DNA of 64,000 nucleotides from Octopus vulgaris (Eukaryota). A program made the position numbers and the translations under genes. Below, piece by piece: positions 53,778 to 64,000 of this stretch. The stretch's first letter is position 1. Each line of letters begins with the position of its first letter. The DNA lies in assembly GCA_951406725.2 (NCBI GenBank), contig OX597828.1:67394001-67458000 (forward strand), in the 5' to 3' direction. The notes under the pieces were generated by a model. It was not told the DNA's origin. It did not search any database and saw only the letters and a list, made by a program, of their open reading frames with translations.

Positions 53778-53935
53778 GACAGGCTTCATTCAGTTACTCT
53801 CTACCAAATCCACTCACAATGCTTTGGTCGGCCCGAGGCTATAGTAGAAGACACCCAAGGTGTCACGCAGTGGGAATGAACCCGAAACCATGTGGTTGGT
53901 AAGCAAGCTACTTACCACACAGCCACTCCTGCGCC
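53617..53935 (-). mobile_element. SINE family A, 3'-truncated, tail-to-tail with the previous copy
   Basis: Head at 53935, body to about 53617. Confidence 0.85.
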
Positions 53936-53998
53936 AACAGGAATTTTCGATTTTATATGAATTACAACTTTCTACACTTAACAATAATAATTTCAAAC

Positions 53999-54215
53999 AA
54001 GGTGGCAAATCAACAGAATCATTAGCACACCGGACAAAATTCTTAGCGTCATTTCGTCCGTTTTTACGTTCTCAGTTCAAATTCCGTCGAGGTCAACTTT
54101 GCCTTTCATCCTTTCGAGGTCGATAAAATAAATACCAGTTGAGCCCTGGAGTCAATGTAATCAACTTACCCTTCTCCGAAATTGCTGGCCTTGTGCCAAA
54201 ATTTGAAAACAATAT
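53999..54215 (+). mobile_element. SINE family B, alternative tail
   Basis: B box gttcaaattcc, Meta-like domain, tail gaaattgctggccttgtgccaaaatttgaaa. Confidence 0.85.
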
Positions 54216-55171
54216 TAACTGCAAACAAAAACAAACTGAGAACCTAACAGCAGTGTTTACTTCAGAGATTTCCCGTAATTGGCGAAATACCTTTTGCTTC
54301 ATATTGAAGAAATTATAGTTCAGTACTGTAATGGAATGTCTGCGAACGACTCCCAGCTGTTTCATTTTGAGAAGGAAAGCATGGAAGGAAAACTCTACAA
54401 TGAAGACGGGGTAGACGTTGCCGTGTAGTAGCAGTTGCAGTGAAGTGGGTTTTATGAATGTACCTGTTTGTTGAAGGCTGCCAACAGCATGAACAACAAT
54501 AACCTAGTTGATAAGAGAGTTTGCTAAGGGAGGAGAAGAATCTAATATGGCGGATATCTTTAACCTTGATCAGGACATGAGAGAGAGGCAAAGTGATGTA
54601 CATGCCCACCACAAAAACAACACTATTTTATCTCTGTCAATCTCAAACGAAGGACAAAGGTCCAAGATGTTAGATTCTCCTCCATAATCTTTTCAAATGG
54701 CTAATAATGTGTGCGCGCGCCGCTTCTATACACATTGGAAAGCATTGTACAACCAAGCACTAAAGAAGATCTTTCCTCCATGAAACAAAGCTGTTCCCGC
54801 TGGACGTCAACCCAGTATTTCTAAGCTACGGACCGAGTGATTTATTGTAAGGTTATCTCCCTAGACAGATTGCCTTCACTACGGCTAAGGAGCCCTTTCT
54901 ACCCCACTGACACAGGTTGTACTGGTTTACAGTTTACTAGTAGTAGGATCCGATGCTGCATACATTGGACCTGACCTGACAAGGGCAGCCTTAATAGCTA
55001 TCACATCACAGTTATTCAACTCATCAAATTCTTGTAGCAACACTCCAAAAGACAATTGTTGCTAGCGTAGAAACACGATTCCCCTTTTCCTCAGTTTTTT
55101 CGATTCAACCATAACTTAAGTCTCGTTCAACTTGAGAACAGTCACTACCAAAAATATTGTATGTATATATA

Positions 55172-55404
55172 TATTTCTTTATTGCCCACAAGGGGCTAAA
55201 CACAGAGGGGACAAGCAAAGACAGACAAAGGGATTAAGTCGATTACATCGACCCCAGTGCGTAACTGGTACTTAATTTATCGACCCCGAAAGGATGAAAG
55301 ACAAAGTCGACCTCGGCGGAATTTGAACTCAGAACGTAACGGCAGACGAAATACAGCTACGCATTTCGCCCGGCGTGCTGACGATTCTGCCAGCTCGCCG
55401 CCTT
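55172..55404 (-). mobile_element. SINE family B, full length with 19-bp TSD
   Basis: TSD aaaatattgtatgtatata at 55151-55169 and 55411-55429. Confidence 0.93.
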
Positions 55405-55989
55405 GCATACAAAATATTGTATGTATATAGTTACCGTTTTTATCCCTTTTTATTCCCTTCTTCCTATATCATAGACGACGACTTATGTATGATACTAAGG
55501 AAGGCTATTTTAATTTGATACTGCCTCAGTTGTGTATACCAGACTTTTATTCAGGCAGGCGGCGATACGTGACATTATCATATGTTTTATTCACTTTTTT
55601 CTGTATCAGAGGCGACGAATTCTCACCCCAGAATGTTACGGGTTGTGCGTATACATTGGTGTTCTTGCTGGCCACTGCTAGACGTATTTTCATGCGTTTC
55701 TTATATTTATTGTGTTTTTAACACGAACAAATAAAGTTATCTCAGAACATATGATGCAGTAACTGGATTATCGTTAATGTGTATACATTAAGAACGATAT
55801 ATAGATATTTAAAATATTTACCGTCGTTCAATACAAAAAATCTTTTGTAACTCAGCAGTAAACATATAATTCGATGTCCATCTCTACTGATCCCGTTTTC
55901 AGAGGCTGCTTTCGATATAGTGTCCTAATGCATGCATCCGACGGCCACTCATCGGACCTATTTCCACACGTTCCACCAAAGACGCTCCC

Positions 55990-56720
55990 TCTTTTGTGTT
56001 TTAGAGCCAGATCTATTACTGTAGATTTATTAAGAGATTGTGGAGCATCCTGTACGAACTCGGATGCAGGAAAGCTACGTTTGGTCTCACAGACCACATC
56101 ATCATTGCGTCGGAAATTGAAGCAGTTGACACCATTCTGAAGGAAGAGCAGAATGCCGCAATAACACAGATTTATCTGAGTAAGTCCACTGATTTCAAAC
56201 ACAGCAACCGGTCTTATGTGACACAAAGGCTTTTGTCGGTGGGTTCAATTAAGGTGTTTGTGTCTGGTTGATATTAGATTCCCATGTGGTTAAGGAAAAA
56301 ATAGGAAGCGGTCATGACAAGGATACCCATTCTCACAAAGAAACGTCCCAAAGGTAACTGTTCCTGAAAAGTAAAGAAACAGCTGCTATTTCTAACGATT
56401 TCTCAAAGGGAGTCAAAGACATCGTGGCTGGTGATGCTCAGGCACGTACTGATACTGACAGGTCGGCAGAGTTCTAAACGCCGACAGTGTTGACCAGCTG
56501 TCGTCACCATTCCTGTGACACATTTGTGTGCGACTCATTTTTTTGACTGAGCTTCAATCTTGGGTCAAGGACAAACAAAACTAGTTGTTTGGAATCTGAA
56601 ATTTCGTCAGTGGCTTGAAATGGAGAATATAGGTGATGATGGGTATAAGGACAATCTGCATAGCACCTAGTGGAGGACGGTTAAGTCAGGTTCAGAAACA
56701 TATAGCCCATGGAATAGTGA
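55990..56720 (+). pseudogene. Highly degenerate hAT (Charlie/Buster-like) transposase
   Basis: LYELGCRKATFGLTDHIIIASEIEAVDTILKEEQNAAITQIYLSKST resembles the Buster/ZBED5 N-terminal block; NLKFRQWLE...YKD...cggttaagtcagg resembles RWLSQG. Confidence 0.5.
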
Positions 56721-56994
56721 AAATTCTATCGCATTTGCAAGTTCATTTCGTAAGTTGTTTGTGACTCAAATTTTGTCTGAAGAAGTGCGTGCACTGTAAA
56801 TTTATTTCATAAAATTGCATAACAGTTGAATGTGATATGAAATAAATGGCGTTCGTTCCCCGAAACGTTAGTAACATAGATTTGACTTAGCTCTGTAAGG
56901 ATAATAAGATATCTATTTGATATATATGCTTTGGATTGAAGAATGCTCCTTAAATAGTAGACCGAAACCTAAATATATATATATGTGCGTCTGC

Positions 56995-57030
<36 letters not shown>

Positions 57031-57146
57031 ATGTGTTTGTGTGTGTAGTCATAAAATATCTGATTTTAAATTCCGTTTTTCCTTATAAGAATCGAAAAGT
57101 GATTTGAAGTTGTTTCCCCAATTATGTTGTTTATTTTTTACCATTA

Positions 57147-57217
<71 letters not shown>

Positions 57218-57224
57218 CACGGAC

Positions 57225-57274
57225 TTTGTCAGTGAACAGGTCGCGGATTTTAGCGACGAAAATATTTTGACAAA
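57225..57274 (+). ncRNA. Type I hammerhead ribozyme with G3-C8 swapped core (family H3, best copy)
   Basis: tttgtca-GTGAACA-g-gtcgc ggatttta gcgac-GAAA-atat-TT-tgacaaa: 7-bp stem I, 5-bp stem II, palindromic stem III aatatt. Confidence 0.8.
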
Positions 57275-57412
57275 TTAAACTTAAATGTTGGAGTGAATCG
57301 AACGACTTTTGTGTGTTTCTTAAATGGCTTATAAACACCTTCCACGCTGCAATTGTTTTCGTTTCAGCACACGATCTCAGATCAAATTACTTGCTATGCG
57401 AGTACATCTCCG

Positions 57413-57522
<110 letters not shown>

Positions 57523-57834
57523 AAACGCAAAATCATTGGCATCACTTGAAAAGCATTTGATTTAGACAGAGAATATATTCATAATGCGGTTTGTGCACAG
57601 TTGTGATAAAAAGCCAGAGTTGTCTTCGTTGTTTTTAGAATAGCCAAGCATGTGGATCATGATGTTGACTAAAGATTTCATAAGCTAAGTATTCCGCAAT
57701 CGGATATGTATGTGTATGTGTGTGTGTGTGTATGTAACACTATCTGGTTTTCTCGGAAGACATATAGGCCATTTGATAGTGAAACGATGAAGTAAAAATA
57801 TCCACTTTACAATGATTAATACGTTCACTTGATC

Positions 57835-57907
<73 letters not shown>

Positions 57908-57908
57908 G

Positions 57909-57944
<36 letters not shown>

Positions 57945-58208
57945 TGTGTGTGTATAATGTGTGTGTGTTTGTGTGTGTGTAAACACATATATACATATAT
58001 ATGCACATGCAAACACACACACAAACATGTTTATATCGAATGGTTTATGTTTCTTCAAGAAAAACCAGCTCTGTGTTACATATGGTGTGTTTTGTGTGTG
58101 TGTGTGCGCGCGCGCGTGTATGTATATACGCGCGTGTGTGTCTGTTGTGCCTGCGTGTGATGTCGGTGGGTATCTGTATATGTGGTGTTTGTGTGTGTGG
58201 TGTCTATG

Positions 58209-58253
<45 letters not shown>

Positions 58254-58958
58254 AGAGTCAGAAAGCAAATTAAAAAGAAGCTGGGGTGGAAGGCACCAAA
58301 ATAAAAAAAAGGGGAGGGTGGACGAAGACAGAAATAAAGAAAGAGAGGGAAAGAGAATTAACGAAAAAGAAAGAGAAGGAGCGAATGAAGAGAAGAATTC
58401 CTACAGGAATGTGAATGAGGATATATGTGATGAAAGAGGAAAAAGAGTGAAGAGAAGGAAAATTCTCAAGAAATACAGGGTGGAGATAATAACAAAGCAA
58501 CAACGAGAATGAAGATAGAAGGAAGGAGTTTAAGTGTGAGGTGCAGGGAGAGGAAGGATTGGATTAGGAAGTAGGAAGGAATAAAATAAGAATGGAAGTG
58601 AGGAAGAGAAAATAAAGTGATAGGGGAGAGAACGATGGACAAGCGGGTGGGGAAGGATATTTTTTCGAGGATGAGAAGATGGAGATGGGAGTGGATAAGG
58701 GAAGAGAACGAGAGGAGTATGAGATATACGTAAGAAAAAAAAATGTGGATTTTATAAGGTGTGGAAAGGTGACAATGTTAGGTGTGTTATGCAGAAGGTT
58801 ATTTGTTAACTACACACCTTTTAATTAACTACACACGAATTAATGAACAAAAGTTTCTGTTGTAGGTTTGTGAGTCTAGCTTAGCATATATCTTCTATGC
58901 AGGTTGACGCAGTTAAAACTAGTTGAAATATTTTAAATAAATTAATAGTTTAAAGGTA

Positions 58959-59208
58959 TAAAAATAAATGCGCCCTTTTAAAGCCTAGCCGGGCTCATGG
59001 GCCCGGTTTCAATGGCGTATGTGTTCCCCAGCTGGACGGGACGCCAGTCCATCGCAGCGTTACTCATGTTTGCCAGCTGAGTGGACTGGAGCAACTCGAA
59101 ATGAAGTGTTTTGCTCAAGAGCACAACGCGTCGCCCGGTCCAGGAATCGAAACAACAATCTTACGATCATGGAGCTGACACCCTAACCACTAAGCCACGC
59201 GCCTCCAC
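58959..59208 (-). mobile_element. tRNA-derived SINE family C (CORE/V-like domains), 11-bp TSD
   Basis: Minus strand: A box gtggcttagtggtt, B box gtttcgattcc, ctgcgatggactggcgtcccgtccag; TSD gtttaaaggta at 58948-58958 and 59212-59222. Confidence 0.88.
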
Positions 59209-60116
59209 CTTGTTTAAAGGTAATTATCTAAAATTAGAAAGGTTACATTTAAAATGCTACGGTGCATTTTACAATATATAACAGTTACCTTCATTATAAA
59301 TTGTTGAAACACTCGTTCAGAAAGCGATAAAAGGTCAACAATCTCAGAAAACTAAGAAAGAGTGTAGAGAAATAAAGATCGTAATAGAACATACACTTAC
59401 ACTGATAGAGAAATAGTTTGAGGCTGCAAAAGACCATGGTGAAGATGAGGACAACAGAGGGAAGGCGAAGTGGTTGGTAATAGATAAGCGAAAGAACGTA
59501 AATAAGGAAGATGTAGAAATTGCAATAACAAAACGTAAGTACGAGGCTGATAATAGAATGTAATACACAATTACAAAGTGATCAGGAAGTATAATGTTAT
59601 CCGCAAATATTTAATGAAGAAATACTAAGATAACAAAAGACTTAGGGCAGGAAGATAAATTAAAGTTTACAATTGGTCGCATAAAAACCGATGTTAAAAG
59701 TAAGAAAGTAAGCTTGTAGTTGATCACTTTCAGATTAAATGAACGGCATGAATAGATCATGGTCTGATGAACAGGTATCTACAAGAATACTATGAAATAC
59801 AGAAAGAGATGTGTGTGTGTATACGTATATGTATGTATGTCATTATTCAGTTTGATGTCAAGATTTCTTGCCAATAGAGAAAGAACCGGTTTCTAACCTA
59901 GATTCAAAACTCTTTCATTGGAATTTCAACATCAACAACAAGGTATTTTTGCTTGTATGTATGTATGTATGTATGTATGTATGTATGTATGTATGTATGT
60001 ATGTATTTATGTATGTATGTATGTATGTATGTATGTACATGTGCAGATTTGTATGTTTTGTTTTATGCATGTATTCTCATGCATATAGTTGCATATCTAG
60101 ACTTGCTCATATATAT

Positions 60117-60780
60117 TTAAAAAATAAACTTCTGGAAAGTTTTACAGATTTTTACAGTTCCAGTGATGGATTGGATCAGTAGTCTTCGAATTAGCTTTCT
60201 CCTTTCTGGTTCTGAGAAGAAGCCTAATTTATCAATATTGATATTTAGGCAGTGAGTTACATATCCTAGTGCCCCAATAATTACAGGTATAAACCTGAAT
60301 TTGTAATCTGGATAGTGTAACTGCAGATTTTTCAATAGTTCAGCGTAGGTATTTTCTTTTCCACTGGTCTTCAGCTTTATGTTGACATCCGCTGGGCAGC
60401 TAATTTCCACGTCTGTCAGGTCTGTTATACTTACATTTTATTGAAGTCTTCGCTGGGACACCAGTACTCCTTTTATTCTAACGAATTTCATTATAGAGTG
60501 ACCTAGCGAGAACATCATGTCTCATCAGTAGATAATACCGTGATGACATTTTCGGGCAACTGTTTGTAGTGTGGGTGATATCTTCGGAATTAACAAAGTC
60601 TGCATCGGTTGTCACATTTTACTGCTTTTCCTGCATATCTATCCCTTTTGTGCATAAGGTACTTGGTTGATATTTCTTGTTCTTGGATTGCAAACACATA
60701 CCCATTAAAAGTGGGAGGTAGTAATCCGACTATTGGTCCATGATAGAGTGCTTTGATGATCAATGTTACTATCATATCAG
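60117..60780 (-). mobile_element. RLE-type LINE 3' region (CCHC knuckle and endonuclease)
   Basis: GYVFAIQEQEISTKYL...CDNRCRLC..EDITH..NSCPKMSSRYYLLMRHDV; EISCPADVNI..KENTY..L...FIPVIIGALG. Confidence 0.88.
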
Positions 60781-60849
60781 AGCTTTCTACTTACATATCT
60801 ATGCATAGTCTTCTGCTCATATAGGCTCATCCTTTCATCTGATGATACG

Positions 60850-61971
<1,122 letters not shown>

Positions 61972-62229
61972 ATACTTTACATCACGTTCCATGTGTTAAG
62001 ATTGTATTATATGTTCTGTGGGGAAACGTACAATTATCTTAGCTGCACATCAAAGCAACAAAACTTTCTGTCTGTAACAAGAAAAAGATATTTATATTTA
62101 AATGTCAGGCACATGACTTAATTGTATTTTGAAAACTGAATACGTCATGTGGTGCGAGGGGAGGGGAAACTCTAACGATTCAGCCGGAGAGCAGAAGAAA
62201 GTAATTTTATTTATTCCAGTTTTCGTCTA

Positions 62230-62360
62230 TCATTACGTTCTGAGTTCAAATCCCGCCGAGGTCGACTTTACCTTTCATCCTTTCGGGGTCGATAAATTAA
62301 GTACTAGCTAATTGACTGGCCCCAAACTTCCCAAAACTTTCTTGTGCCTAGAGTAGAAAA
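62230..62360 (+). mobile_element. SINE family B, partial
   Basis: gagttcaaatcccgccgaggtcgactttacctttcatcctttcggggtcgataaattaagtac. Confidence 0.85.
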
Positions 62361-62584
62361 GTGTATTTATTCCTGTTTACCCTTTTCAGTAAACTCACTG
62401 AATTTTTCAAATTTACTAATTTTGCTGATACCTACCGTAACAAATTCTCTGGAATTCTTATTTGTCTTGGAAATATGATGGTCCATATCCACGGTTGTTT
62501 ATCCTGTAATGTGGTCACCGGCAGAAAAAACATCTAAATCATGTCAAAAGAAAGAAGGAACGAAAGAAATACGGAATACTCCTA

Positions 62585-62800
62585 CGAGGATGAACGGAAA
62601 AGTTCCTGGCTTTGAGTAAGAGAAAATATAGGAGGATCAGTAAATTATGACTTTTTTCAACATTTTCCCCTATCAGATTCACTCACTTATTGCAGTGGTC
62701 CCTCTGTTTTTCTAAGCCTTGTAGAAGAACTCAGAAGGTTGGACCTCCAATCAGGTCTTTCACGATACCCTTAAAGCCAGGAACTTTTCAGCACCCCCCG
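62585..62800. mobile_element. Tc1/mariner-type MITE
   Basis: TIRs cgaggatgaacggaaaagttcctggcttt and aaagccaggaacttttcagcaccccccg, with TA at the left. Confidence 0.8.
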
Positions 62801-63170
62801 ATAATAAGCCCTATTACATGTAACTCATTTAGAAAGGGGAGTAACGATGAATAAAGAGTGATACTGATTAAAGAGGAGCTTTTTAATCCTGCTGCTTCAG
62901 TGTCGGTCACGTGATTAAAATACAGCCAACACACAATGTAAAGTGAACGAAACTCTTCAAGACTTTCCAGAACTATTTTGTATTGGGAAAGAGAACGAAA
63001 AAAACATTATCACCACGGTAATGGTGATTGTAAGTCCTTAATACACTCGGTATTACTCCCTGAACAATTTTTATAACAGCGCTATAAAGCCTAGCCCTAA
63101 CCCTAACCCTACTTATTACAGCAGAGCTATAAAACACAGAAAAGAGATTAAAAGAAACTTGAAAACCACT

Positions 63171-63401
63171 ATGCAGCAAGCTGGCAGAAACGTTAGCACG
63201 CCGGACGAAATGCCTAGCGGTACTTCGTCTGCAGCTACGTTCTGAGTTCAAATTCCGCCGAGGTCGACTTTGTCTTTCATCCTTTCGGGGTCGATAAATA
63301 AAGTACCAGTTACGTACTGGGATCAATATAATCGACTTAATCCGTTTGTCTGTCCTTGTTTATCCTCTCTGTGTTTAGCCCCTTGTGGGTAGTAAAGAAA
63401 C
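63171..63401 (+). mobile_element. SINE family B, full length with 18-bp TSD (1 mismatch)
   Basis: aagaaacttgaaaaccac at 63152-63169 and aagaaacttaaaaaccac at 63402-63419. Confidence 0.92.
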
Positions 63402-63854
63402 AAGAAACTTAAAAACCACACACATGGAAATAATTATATCAATAAATCCATCTTACACAGAGTACAAACAATAGAAAATATAAAAAAAGGTGGAAGAAAT
63501 GTGCTATAAATCCAACAGCTGTTTCTGGGGAGTCGGAGATCATTAATAATGTTGGTAGATGTAGTTCATCATAGTATGCAGCCGTAATGGATGCAATCAA
63601 CATTGGATAAGATGTGCTTCCATCATCAGAGTAGAGAAGCTCTTACATTTCTGATCTTAATACAGTGAAGTTCAAAGATGGAAACCAGCTTTGAACTTCT
63701 CTACATTAAGATCTGTGTAAGTTGATTCTATTAATATAAATATCTATTTATTTAAACTTAAATATTCCGTCTCTGAAAGTCTCCACCTTTTAATTTCTCT
63801 CGTTTTGCATGTATACAAACTATTATATTTAATATATCTAATTTGTTTATCTGC

Positions 63855-63908
<54 letters not shown>

Positions 63909-63910
<2 letters not shown>

Positions 63911-64000
63911 GGGGCTAAACACAGAGGTGACAAACAAGGACAGACAAACGGATTAAGTCGATTACATCGACCCCAGTGCGTAACTGGTACTTAATTTATC
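63909..64000 (-). mobile_element. SINE family B, 3' part running off the window
   Basis: aaggggctaaacacagagg...cgtaactggtacttaatttatc. Confidence 0.88.

Noticed and set aside
55852-56136. Possible terminal host exon on the minus strand (ttccttcag acceptor, 94 codons plus stop)
   Set aside because: Protein not recognised, no partner exons found, and the opposite strand is better explained as a decayed hAT transposase; not fully excluded without RNA-seq
59130-59208. tRNA gene-like sequences (also the heads of SINE A and B, and 38915-38960)
   Set aside because: A/B boxes are present but there is no full cloverleaf; they are SINE heads
63093-63111. Interstitial telomeric (CCCTAA)n
   Set aside because: Fewer than three units, compatible with chance

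Overview
AT-rich, microsatellite-saturated eukaryotic intergenic or intronic DNA, most likely from an octopus (coleoid cephalopod), judged from recalled tRNA-derived SINE families and the repeat landscape. No intact host protein-coding gene is supported, and almost all ORFs in the track are translations of microsatellites. The window is a mosaic of mobile-element remnants: three SINE families, R4/Dong-type RLE LINEs, CR1-group LINEs (one near-intact RT), RTE and L1/Tx1 fragments, Helitrons (one PIF1-helicase fragment and several TC...CTAG non-autonomous copies), hAT transposase remnants, and Tc1/mariner and Mutator-like MITEs. The most interesting signal is a set of about ten type I hammerhead ribozyme (HHR) motifs. 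They belong to at least five unrelated short repeat families (Penelope-like or retrozyme-like) that often sit next to (TA)n tracts. One family has a G3-C8 swapped catalytic core in all three copies, one locus has two HHRs 150 nt apart, and one has two HHRs of opposite polarity in a foldback. Also notable are a LINE-SINE shared 3' tail with a covarying stem, a scrambled RLE LINE, and a flip/flop Helitron terminal hairpin. All calls were made by eye, so coordinates of degenerate elements are approximate.
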